From assembly GCA_009103225.1 (NCBI GenBank), contig RHPI01003244.1:62001-126000 (forward strand): a DNA stretch of 64,000 nucleotides, written 5' to 3'. Position numbers and translations under genes: made by a program. Shown piece by piece: positions 49,400 to 64,000 of the stretch. Every line of letters begins with the position of its first letter. Position 1 is the stretch's first letter. The notes beneath the pieces are model-generated. The model made no database searches. It was not told the origin of the DNA and saw only the letters and a list, made by a program, of their open reading frames with translations. The stretch comes from Chlorokybus atmophyticus. Its lineage: Eukaryota; Plantae; Mesostigma and Chlorokybus algae.

Positions 49400-52300
49400 C
49401 CCACAAGGAGTTGACAGTTATTATGATTTACATATATGTAAACCAAGTATATATGTAAACCAAGTATCTTTCAAATGCGTTGTTTAATGGCATTTTCTAT
49501 GTTTACCTTGTATAAACCCTATATATATTATCAATGTCTCATGTTCGTCAAGCGTTATTTCTTGTCAATTAATGTCGTATTATTTTACTCAATAAGACTA
49601 TTATAAACTAAAAACAAATTCCCTATGCTTTGGATGAAGATGTATCCGTCATACAATTAAACACAAAATTCTCGGCTTAACAATGGATCACCTGCGTGGC
49701 ATCGTACACAATTGGGTGATTTGCTAACATTAGTAGACCACTGGGGTATGCCTATGTTGTTTAAGATTGTTGATGTCAGTCAATTTGTTAATAGCATACA
49801 TTCTGAATTCACCTAGCTTGACGCTCCGCTAGAATGCGTTTGGTTATTCCATTGGTTACAATATTTTTTAAAACATATATAATACGACATAAGACTTTAG
49901 GCAGCGTTGAACATTACGTTATTGGTAATGAGACACAGCATCGTGTATCGTTACATGCTCACGTTATGCTATGGTTATCTGCAGACGACATCGACCAAGT
50001 CATGAATAAATTGTTGCATTGGTACTTGGTGTTACGATGATACTGCACACGAATTCCTTGCTCTTTTAAATGTCCATTAACGTGTTTTATTTAAATACGT
50101 TTATAAGAAACAATCACATGTTTGTAAACCTGTTGATTCAAGTTGTCGCCCAATTGATACTAAATGTCGTTATGGTTTTCCATATATCATAATGTACAAT
50201 ACGAGAGAGCGGCTAACTTCAATGCCAACACAAAACGTTACAAATACTATCGCTCGCATTACGAAGATCGTAATGTTGTTCCATATCACACGTTCTTGTT
50301 ATTATCATGGGGTGCACATCGTAACGTACAGAAAGTCACAAATAACAATGGGTTTTTGTATACTCTCAAGTACACCATAAAAACGGAACCCATAGGAGCA
50401 TTGAACATTAATTCCGAAAATGCACATGCATTGCGATTGAGTGGGTTTTTTAAAATTCGAATTGCATTTGGTGAGCCATGTTTTTGTCCAAACCATTGGC
50501 TGCTGCAGAGGCCGCTTTAACATGCTGGGGATTCTCAATCATCCATAAATTTAGTTGAGTCATTTATGTCGATTCTGAAATGCCTGTGCACTGAACTCGC
50601 ATGTTGCAGATTGCACAATATGTTGTGATTCATGCAATTGACATATATTGTGCCCGATCTCAAGAATTGGAGACGGTAACATTTTGCGAGTACATTCGCA
50701 ACTATCAACGCACCAAGAATGTGACATCTGCAGGGTACGCGTTGCCGAAAGAAGTCATGTTGGATTTATTAATCTTTGTGGTTAATCATTTAAAAGACAC
50801 CCAAGTTGTCAAACTTAGTGACTGTCATTCAGTTTATAACATAGAAGAACCATTTTTCAACTACTTACTACAAGGTTCATTTTTGGTGTGATTATAAGTT
50901 GTTAAGTAATGACAACGAACAGTGATCATATTATAATAAATGCATTATTTGCAAGTTTCTCAATGATGATGACAACACTCTTGAACAACACATCATAACA
51001 TAATGTACCAAAAACTTGTATACAGTTAATAAAACTCAACAATTGTTAACTCAAATGATAGCAAAACAAGCAAGTGATAACATAGAATGCCATTCGGGTA
51101 GTACAGTGTACTACCCACAATGATGACAATGTCCATATTTGTGAAGTTATTACGAAGTGTATGTTGATTACCAACAAATTGAAACATTAAGATATGTCAA
51201 TGAGTTTCAAGATATTGCACATAAATCCTTATGTACTGAACGACAAGTTGTATTTGGTTAACTAGTTAATGAACATTTTAGCTTTATTTGTTATATCAGA
51301 AACACCAGGCTTGGGCAAAACTTTCCAAAAAAAAAGATCACATCTTATTTACATCATAAGGTCTTAAGATCATGTTATGTGCATTCACAGGAGCAGCAGC
51401 TGTACGTTTAAGTACCACGGCACGCACAATTTATACTGCATTTGCTATACCATGTGTCAGAAGCTTCCTACCTTACCTATCACCAGTGGATAATCGATAT
51501 GCTATTATATGTGCTACTCAAGTGTTTGTGATTGACAGATACTCCATTTTAAACTGCGTAGATTATCAACTTAATTTTTCGAAATACAGCAATTGTACAC
51601 ACGGTCTACGGTTTTTAAAGATAAAAGTCATATTTGTAGGAGACCATAAACAATTACCTCTTTTTTGTAAACATAATCGCATGAAAACGTTCAACCTTGT
51701 GTTGGATGTTATAGTGGCCATAGTCGTTCTTGAAACATTGCAATTGAACATGTGCTGCAAACCTCAATACGTCATGATAGTCATCAAGAATACCTTACAT
51801 GTCTTCATTGTTCTTACATTGTTCTTACTGAGGTACCATTATAATGTTCAGTCGAAGACACATTACGAGATTGCATTATGCATGGCTCATGGGAAAGCAA
51901 CTTCACTAATGATATTTCCATTACAATTTGTTCACATGTCTAAGATGTTATATCTTACAACGATAAAGCTATAAAAATGTTGTTGTAGAATTACGAAATC
52001 CATGCTATATCACTATATACCAATGCTACGAACCAAGCAGAGTTACAAGAATGGGTTCTAGAACCAAAATTTCCAATGTTGACATCAATAGCATTACATG
52101 CCAAAGTGGATTTTTTGGCTAATCTTGATTTCAACATCGGTGCAGTAAATGGAGCCATGGGTACAGTCACTAAAGTATGCTGCTTTTACAAGAATCGTAA
52201 TTATGCTATGAAAATATGCCTAATGGATACTCAAAAGTTGATTATAGTAACGAGGTCAACCTACAAAACCTACACCCATAAAGGTTATTCTTATAACATA

Positions 52301-52480
52301 TCAACATCTCCAGTACAACTAGCATATGCTATCACTGGTCATAAGTATAAGGTGCTACAATAAAAACACCCACCATCATTGACATGAGACATGCGTTTGT
52401 TTCTGGATTATGGTATGTTGTGCTATCATGAGCGACTAACCGCTATTGGACGTTGCTGACGGACATGCGGCAAGCGATTG
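49400..52480 (+). mobile_element. Decayed Helitron RepHel (HUH Rep + PIF1/SF1B helicase)
   Basis: GSPAWHRTQLGDLLTLVDHWGMPMLF (~49685); HUH motif ETQHRVSLHAHVMLWL (~49930-49980); NVVPYHTFLLLSWGAHRNVQ..LYTLKYTIK; Walker A-like TPGLGKT (~51302); AFTGAAA..ARTIYTAFAIP; FVIDRYSI; IFVGDHKQLP; GAVNGAMGTV; PVQLAYAITGHK..GATI..DMRHAFVSGLWYVVLS*ATN. Many stops and frameshifts. Termini not located. Confidence 0.88.
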
Positions 52481-53451
52481 ACATGCAATCCATACCTTGG
52501 TATGCCAAACAGGTGAGCAGTAGACGCATGCTTGCATCAATGTACATATCCACACTCAGCTAATTTGTAAACAAATACATAAGATGGCATATGCAAACGG
52601 CTTTCAACTTGCGTGCCGGTTTGAATTGCGTTAGGACCAAGCATGTGGAAAGCAAAACCCCGGACACCAAGCATCCCCGCTTGTGTACGAAGAAGCTAAG
52701 TAGTCCTTAAAAACTCCTTTTGGACAACAGCGGCATACTCGCAGAAGATTACGACGGATTTTCATTCACAAAAAGCCGAAGCCGATACTTTTATATAGGA
52801 TGCAATGCGCATGAGCGACAAGTTCAAGCAAAAACATAATATCGGCATCAAATTAGGTGATATTGTACAATAACATAAGCCTCGTTTCTCACATGCCATG
52901 TATGCTTCACACATAATACTTAACGACAAATCCTCAGGCGGTGTCATTACTTCATAAAGATATGGGGTCATAACCTTCCTGCTAACACCAAGCGCACCAT
53001 AGCATTCGCACCTTGGAATCAGGTCTCTTATCGAGATCAACCTCAACCTCAAGAACTCGGGTCAAAGGCCAATACGCGGCAATTAAATGGTTGAGCTCGT
53101 AGTTGTATAAGCATGCTCCTTCGACGAGGCTAAGATGCTTTCCAGAGGTGAGGCTGCTAACTACTTGAATGCAGTCCATGGAGCCGACCTAAGTTACAAA
53201 AACCCAACCCAACAACACCACTCTGGATGAGGTATGCCACAGTATTCTTACGGTAACTATATTGATGGCAATAACGGTCACAATGTATTTAGTCACATGG
53301 AGATCATTAATCCAACCAACTTGTGATAAGTGGCTTATAAGGTGCGTGAGTTACTCAACAATAGCCGCATGAGCACTCTCTTGGCTCTTCCAGCAACACC
53401 CTTACTCAAAGCCACACGCAACCGTGCCGGAAGCGCAAAACCTTGAAGAGC

Positions 53452-53760
53452 ACTAATGGCTTTGTATATTTACTCCGACACATACGTGGAGGCAAAGTGT
53501 ATATAGGACAAACCAACAACCTAGTATAAAGGTTTCATGAGCATCGACATTATCCACCACGTAAGATGTTAAAGGGATTCAGATTCAACCTTAGCTTTTA
53601 CCAACCAAATTTAGATGCGTTCATTAGGGTGGGCCACTACCAAGGACAAGCTGGATAAATTGGAAACCATGTTCATTCAAGAGTATGACTCATGAGGGCC
53701 AAATATTTACAATATCGAGCAAGGCAACCCAGCAAAGTTCAAGGCATTTTGGGCACGTTG
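53452..53760 (+). pseudogene. GIY-YIG endonuclease remnant
   Basis: GFVYLLRHIRGGKVYIGQTNNLV*RFHEH then, after a frame change, KDKLDKLETMFIQEYDS*GPNIYNIEQG. The VY..YIG, R, E and N motifs all appear in the expected order. Confidence 0.85.
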
Positions 53761-54338
53761 GGGTAAGAATCCTTATTGCGATAGATGTAAACGATGAGAG
53801 GAAAACTTAGTAATAAAGCACATGTTGCCTACATATTAATATGCAACACATGTGTATGTATGTTATGCATGCAGTTACCTTTTATGTGCATAACTTGTAC
53901 AACTTGCATGCATGCATGTATCGTTATACATGTATGTAAATGTACGTATTATATATATGTCATGCCTCAGATTTGTTACATGTAATTTTATACTTGCATC
54001 ATGCATTGATTAAGTCGCCATCGCCATCGCCATCGCCATTACCGCCACAACACCATCACCACCGACATCGCATCGCTAAGGCCATCGCTATTACCATTAA
54101 ACTATTACAGATACTTATATATCAAATTAAACTGGGAAACTTAAAACTAACACAACAATTGATTTGCAATATTGCGACCATCAACATATACAATCCAACA
54201 ATATCTTTTAGCAAAAGTTAGCACGGTGCACCAATTACCATCAACTGCAAATCAATAATATGAATGGTAATACATATTAATTTTACACATTAAAAATTGG
54301 TCATATCACACTCAACTGACATCACTTGCATCAAAGTA

Positions 54339-55590
54339 TTAAAAATCACTTAACCACTTCAACACTTTGTGCAGCAATACCCGCTTCATCTGCAGTAATA
54401 ACAAATCAATGGTAAATTAAACATAAATCAAATCAAATGATGACAACAAATCTATAAACACACCTCAATTTCATCTTCTTTGTTGCCATGGCGATGTGGA
54501 CGAGCACGAAACTCTTGTGTCATTCTTAAGCATTGGCCAACACTTTCCGGAGCAACAAAATCCATGGCCGTGTTGACACGATTGCACAAAACAAAAAGTA
54601 AACACATAACCAAATATCATAACCCCTAACTACGCAAGCCAACATTACCTTGAAGTTGCGTACTTTGTGTGGCATCCTGCAGAGATGAAGATAGCGTTGC
54701 CGTCATATTGCACAATCCGCCACGATACCACGCCGGTCACGGTAAGATGTCTTCAGTTTGGATGTGCCAAACTCGAGATAAATACCGTATTGAACACAAA
54801 TGTGATGGTAACATACCATATTGTCGTTGAAGATCTTGCAAATCTTCCACTTTTAAGTAAAAGCTTTGATCATGGACATGATCAACCACCTAGCAATAAT
54901 GCCCACATGCATACAGAACCGTATGTATCACTACATTTATAGTAACCAACCTTGAAGGAGAAGTTCTCACGAAGTTTATTGTAACCTTGCTGAAACCTTT
55001 GCTAATTGTCAACCACATCTTCATGCCTAAATATATCCCAAACTACTCCAACATCCTTCCACGCAATCACCACAGTAAACACACCGAATATGTGCAACAA
55101 GTATTACCCCTACCAATCAACTCATGTTGCATTCGTGGCCTGCGCAACAACTGGGCAGCCGCTTGCGCATCACTCCCATCAGGATCCGAAGCAAACAGTA
55201 GTACATCAACCTATCAACCAAATTATGCGCAACTTGAGTCTCAATTGCAGTCACATACCAACCATCACTATGTTAATAAGAACAAGAACACACTTACCGC
55301 ACTTGATAGGTGTATGTGACCTTTGTTTTAAGTTATATATAGCTTACGGTTCACAACCGTAAGCTATGTAAAACCCAAAACAAAAATCAGCGGGTATTTA
55401 ATCCTGTAATACACAACATGTTAACGTGTATATTCAAGGAAAGTACATATTTATGTATTTCCATTAGGCATACCGCGGGTACACAATTGGCCAAGTTGAA
55501 CTTCCCTTTGCTAGGGTGGGTGTACTTTTCAAAAGGCAAAATGTTAATGAAATCAGCAAAATGCTCCGACAACACATTTTAAAGCAAGCC
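54339..55590 (-). pseudogene. KDM3/JMJD1-type JmjC histone demethylase pseudogene (C-terminal JmjC region, introns retained)
   Basis: LSEHFADFINILPFEKYTHPSKGKFNLANCVP; FYIAYG; GVVWDIFRHEDV; HVHDQSFYLKVEDLQDLQRQYG|VVSWRIVQYDGNAIFISAGC.HKVRNFK|SC.NTAMDFVAPESVGQCLRMTQEFR..KL|MKRVLLH. These are colinear with KDM3 motifs (HDQ.FYL, W...Q..G.A.FIPAGCPHQVRN, DFVSPE). Decayed GT..AG introns at about 54390-54460, 54594-54646 and 54746-54812. Confidence 0.87.
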
Positions 55591-55639
55591 TAGTAATTAG
55601 CTATTGTTGAATGATATCGCATTTATTAAGCTTTGTAGC

Positions 55640-57069
55640 TGTTACGCCGGGCGGGGGTTAATTATCACTTAAAACTATGTGCAGTGATCACACACTTTAC
55701 ATGTAGTGACTGTACACTCCCTTAACCACCTTTTGTTGAATGAACAACTACTTGGCAACTTAAGGGATATGGTCACCTAGTTTAGGTACCCCTACCTTAG
55801 CCCCAAAAGCCCAGAGCTCAAGTCGTGCGGCGGCTACCCTCCACCCGCGACTGGCTCTTTTTTTATTGCGAAATCCATCGCCATGAGCTTTACTAGGAAC
55901 TATCTTGGCTAAGACCTACTTGGCTCAAAGCCCTCTACCAGATCCCCATTCACTCACCCAAGTGATTAGTTTAGTTCACCCGGCATTTGTTCACTGGCAT
56001 TCTGCAAAGTGACCAATAATGCTAATCCGCGTTTTTTGTGCTTGCGGCCATGGTAGGCGGCGCTGTCACGCGCTGCGTATCGGCACACGCGGGAGGGGGC
56101 AAATGCCTTAGCCGATTTTCTGTCGCGACGTCGCGTCGCGAAGTGATCTAATAGTTGATTCACTAGTGAATCAACTTTAGTTCACTACCTTGTCGGCTTT
56201 ATGAATCACTCTACTAGTGAACTAACTTAGTTCACCAGTGATTCACTTTTGGCTCCCTCTTCTATTAGTCCCCTCATATTAGGGTGATTCACTTAGTTCA
56301 CTTAGTTTACTTAGTTCACTTAGTTCACTACGAACCCTTAGTGAACTACTTTTAGTGCATGTTCGTAACTGAACCAGTGAACTATTTTAGTTCACTTACG
56401 AACCCTCTGTGAACTAGTTTAGTTCATGTTCGTAACTGAACCAGTGAACTATTTTAGTTCATGTTTGTAACTGAACCAGTGAACTATTTTAGTTCACTTA
56501 CGAACCCTTAGTGAACTATTTAAGTTCATGTTCGTAACTGAACTAGTGAACTAATTTAGTTCACTATGTTGATTCACTTCGCAGGTGAATCAACCCCTTC
56601 GCGAACTCATTTCGCGAAGTCCTTTTTATTCACCCTAAGAGAGGCTACTTCGCTCTATTCATCTGATCCAAATAAGCCGCCTTGGATTGGCCTAAATGAA
56701 CCTTATAATTACACATGCTTCTTCCTATGATGTTTCACACGATTGGCCCCATAAGCCCACATCGCGTTAATAAATCATTATACTAGAGCCATGTGCTTTT
56801 ATCTTCCTACTCAAGACGCCCATACATTCATGAATAGGGTAATTCCTAGTCAACCACTTCTAATTAGATGCATGCAAATGCTCTAACTAGCCAGGCCTAT
56901 AATTAGCGATGCATTGCATTCGTGTTAAAGCTCAAACACAAACACACGCATTCAAACCTTTTATAACAAACCAAGATAATCCAACCAAGGTTCATTAAAC
57001 TTTTGTCTCTCGCTAATTAAACTTATATATACACTGTACATGACCAGCTGTAGTAGCTAGGCCGTAACA
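55640..57069 (-). repeat. 3' LTR (1430 bp) of outer Ty3/gypsy chromovirus (element 2)
   Basis: Begins right after a polypurine tract (minus strand AAAGGGGGGGCA, 57071-57082). Termini TGTTACG...CGTAACA form a 7-bp inverted repeat. The candidate TSD GTAGC is at 55635-55639; its partner lies outside the window. Confidence 0.75.
56150..56575. repeat. Tandem/palindromic array inside the LTR of element 2
   Basis: Four copies of a 35-bp unit CATGTTCGTAACTGAACCAGTGAACTATTTTAGTT (56358, 56425, 56460, 56527) plus many GTGAACTA / TAGTTCAC motifs in both orientations. Confidence 0.9.
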
Positions 57070-57228
57070 ATGCCCCCCCTTTAGTTATTGAGCGTCTCTG
57101 CTCAATTTCTTTCTCCACGCTTTCCAACTTAGGAAAACAAGCCATGATCAGTAACTTGATAGGTCAAAACGTGGAACTACTTCTAAAGGCGGAAAATATA
57201 TATTTTCAGAAATGGACCTACCTGGACT

Positions 57229-57748
57229 TCATCTTTGGGCAACCGTTAGCTCCCTCCAATATTTCTTTATCAGAAGCGGTGATCGCATGTTAGGTTTGTC
57301 AACCCATTCACATGCTTCGAACGGATGACCCTTCCATTTCACAAAGTAACTGGGAGATCTGCCTTTCCGGCCTTTGTGGGTTATTATACCCTCCACTTCA
57401 TACTCCCAATCTCCTTCTATAAACATTGGGGGTGGTGGTGGCTGCACCGACCCATCTGAGTGATAGGTTCTCAATAGCGAGGCATGAAATACATTATGTA
57501 TTTTAAGACTCGGTGGCAATTCTAACTTGAATGCCACAGCCCCTATCTTTTCTATTACCTTAAATGGTCCAAGCCATCGGGGTAATAGTTTTCGGGCCCC
57601 ATCGAGAGACTCCATCCTCACATTCTTTGTGCTAAGTAGGACTTCTTGTCCCACTTCAAACACGGCCTCTGCCCTCTTGGCATCGGCATATTGACGCATA
57701 CGATTTTGGGTTGCTAATAAGGCCCTCTTGGCCTCATTTTGCACCTGC
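57229..57748 (-). mobile_element. Integrase C-terminus + chromodomain of outer chromovirus (element 2), cut by insertion of element 1
   Basis: QNRMRQYADAKR..FEVGQEVLLST..KLLPRWLGPFKV..AFKLELP..IHNVFHASLL (GPY/F module), then EYEVEGII..YFVKWKGH...EW (chromodomain). The frame starts abruptly at the LTR of element 1. Confidence 0.92.
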
Positions 57749-58087
57749 TGTAAGGAGAGGGGGTGCTCCTCCTCCCTTTAATCCCCTACCCCAACACCAC
57801 CACCAGCCAGGCCGACCACACCGCCGCCGCCAGGGGCAACTGCCGGAGCAGAAGATCCCCCTGGCTATGGCGGCTGCTGCGTTAGCAGTGCCGCCATACA
57901 GCTGATATCGACATGAGACTCTTGTCTCATGTCGATATCAGTGTTACAGTTAAGTAACACTACATTAGGGCCTTAACACTAGGTTAACGGCCCTAATACG
58001 GCTTAATTGGCTGTATATACCCGTTGGGACCCTTATTTAATCCTAGATAAGGGCGGGGAACCTCTATAGAGGTAGCACTCCGTTACA
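57749..58087 (-). repeat. 3' LTR (339 bp) of inner chromovirus (element 1)
   Basis: PPT (minus strand AAGTGGGGGGGAA, 58088-58100) directly precedes TGTAACG...CCTTACA. The flanking 5-mer CCTGC (57744-57748) is the expected TSD half. The 5' LTR is beyond the window end. Confidence 0.85.
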
Positions 58088-58210
58088 TTCCCCCCCACTT
58101 AGGTTTCAATGTCCTCATTGAAGGGTTAGCAAAGCCCCACCATGAGCACCGAGAACCAAAGCAGTGAGAGAACCAGGGCCGAAGCGGTAAAGATGTCTGC
58201 CAGCACCCTT

Positions 58211-61970
<3,760 letters not shown>

Positions 61971-61979
61971 GGCGTAATC

Positions 61980-63245
61980 CTATTCAACCTTCTTGGCCTT
62001 GCCCTTCTTGGCGGGGCAGTTCTTCGCAATGTGACCGGGCTGGTGACATACGTAACAGGTGCGAGCCGCAGCGGGTGTAGCACCACCAGCAGATGTGCCA
62101 CCGGTCGGAGGCGTGAATGTCTTCGCCTTCTTTGCCGTGTGCGCACTCGACTGAGGGTAACGCTTTCCTCCCACCCCGTGCGGCTTGGCCGCAACTGCCA
62201 CATGTGCCTTTTCCTGCACCGCCGTGTCATCATTGTACAGATACACGCTCAGCTTCTGCAGCTGGGCCAAGTCCTCAGGAACCCAAGGAAGTCCCGTTGC
62301 CGTGTTGTAATGCAGCTGATCGCGCACACGCGCATCCAAGCCGTGCTTGTACAACTCAGACTGCTCAGCCTTGTCCATGGGCATGAGGCCACTGTTCACG
62401 CGGCCCACCAACGCTTGGAACTCCTGCAGATAGACTGAAGCCGTTCTGCCATTCTGTCGCAGCTTGTTGAGCTTGTTGCGAGCCTGAGTAGCTGGATCCA
62501 TGCCACCATAGCGCTCCACAAGGAACTTGAATAGTGCCTCCACTGTCTTGGCCGCACCATCCTCTGTCTGCCTCGCCCACTCGGCGAGAGCGTCAGATGG
62601 CATGAGCAACTCAGCAACAGCAATGTGCTCGCCAACTGGTCGCTTCAGTGCTGTCAAGTAGTGCTTAACAGCGACCACCCAATCATGGATGCTGACACTG
62701 CCGTTGGGCTTGAACTTCTCAGGCTTGTTCAGTGCTGTAACCGGCAGCCCCGCTGATGCTCCAGCTGCTGAAGTAGCACCCGCCACCTGTTGGCGCAGCG
62801 CCACCAACTCAGCCTGCATAGCATCGAGGCGTGCCGTCAACTGCACTCGGCCAGTCAACTTGTCTTCCAAGTTAGGTCCCAAGTACCAGAACACGTCCTT
62901 GCAACGCTGTGAGGTTTCCACTCCCAAGTTGGCCAAAGCCTCAAACGCCATTCGCTTGCCTTGGTAAGGGGGAGGTTTATCGTAAACAGCCATCAGAGCA
63001 GCCACCTTCGGATCACCGCGCACGAGTGGCGGAACATTGTTCGTCAACTCGTGCTCAATCATGCGGATCACCATCTCCTTGCTTGCGCGAGGGAGAGTGG
63101 CAAAATCTGTTGCATAGCTATCACGAACCTTTTGTGCCCATGCATCCCACACTTCCTGACGAAGCTGTGGGTGAGCATCGATCAAGACTTTGCGCTCTCG
63201 CGCATACTTCTCAATAGCCCCACCAATGACAGACTGTGTGTCCAT
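61980..63245 (-). mobile_element. Gag of element 1 (421 aa) with CCHC zinc knuckle
   Basis: Intact ORF. Capsid-like region KPEKFKPNG..DWVVAVKHYL..QARNKLNKLRQNGRTASVYLQEFQAL; knuckle CYVCHQPGHIAKNC; ends in TAG in frame with the protease ORF. Confidence 0.92.
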
Positions 63246-64000
63246 TGTAGCTGGCCCACTCTAAGTAGATTGATTGGGAGAAGCTTCGCTATCCTGCGCA
63301 GCTTCCTCTTTGTCACTCTCAGTGAGCTTGTAGCTCTCACTCGTGTCCGAGTCTCTCACTTTGTCATCACTTAATGGTTCGTATGATGACGATGAGTCAG
63401 GGACGGTAAAGTACTTCTCACCTCCCTCTCCTTGGTCAGACATCTGCCCAAAGACAGCCGTTAGCAAGTGCACAAGTACTCAGATTGTGCACTGCAATAC
63501 AGGTAAAATCTAATGATTTTGTCTCGTCAAGTTTTGAGGCGTTACGGTGGATTATACAGCCCCAAAAGAGCTCTCCACATACCTCTCAACTAGACACTTA
63601 CTCTGCAACAAACCGTGCGCGAATCCACGCAACGGTTCACGAGTTATGATTTCTCAAAGTTTTCACTTTGTACAACCCAGCACAATTCACACTGATTGAC
63701 ACACAGGGTGCCAAAATCTCGTCAAATCGACCTTACAGGCCGATATCGACCAGTTGTGAATGGTGAGTTTGATATCGGCCGCTCAGAAAATTCTGGCGGC
63801 CTCACCGCTCAAAATGGCGGCACTGAGACAGTCGATGTTGCCACCGAACTGCCCCCCCCAAGGGAATTTCCAAATTAATAGAAAAACCCTTACACCACCA
63901 CGAATCCACGTGGTGGTACACACACAATATAATACAATCAATGTATTTTTACTATGTGTTGTGCTGCAATGCAATGCTTCAGGGATAGGCCTGAATGGCT

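Noticed and set aside
52480-53450. Penelope-type RT upstream of the GIY-YIG
   Set aside because: No RT motifs found in any plus-strand frame.
56150-56575. CRISPR-like array
   Set aside because: No unique spacers, irregular period, eukaryotic context, and it lies inside an LTR.
63450-64000. Primer-binding site and 5' LTR of element 1
   Set aside because: No tRNA-Met-type PBS and no copy of the 339-bp LTR seen before the window ends; they are presumably further along.

Overview
Eukaryotic, intron-rich nuclear DNA from a green alga. An early-diverging streptophyte is my inference from the plant-type DWF1, PSA3, PLIP-like lipase, ankyrin-RCC1 and KDM3 sequences. The window has two halves. Positions 1-33.3 kb hold eight spliced genes: SEC11 (5' partial), DWF1/DHCR24, an ankyrin-RCC1 protein, a ~97-aa protein made only of the PDCD4 N-terminal motif, PSA3, an EGF-repeat GT29 sialyltransferase-like protein, a plastid class-3 lipase, and a secreted bacterial-type GSDH-PKD-2xCBM4 protein. 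Positions ~34.6-64 kb are a transposon graveyard. It contains a pogo/DDE_1 pseudogene split by a MITE, microsatellites, a 642-N gap, hairpin clusters, a decayed Helitron (Rep-PIF1) followed by a GIY-YIG remnant, an intron-containing KDM3/JmjC pseudogene, and two nested Ty3/gypsy chromoviruses. The inner chromovirus carries a probable degenerate N6-adenine-methyltransferase-like domain behind an in-frame UAG. No rRNA, tRNA or CRISPR array was recognised. All homology calls come from motif recognition by eye; no database search was run.
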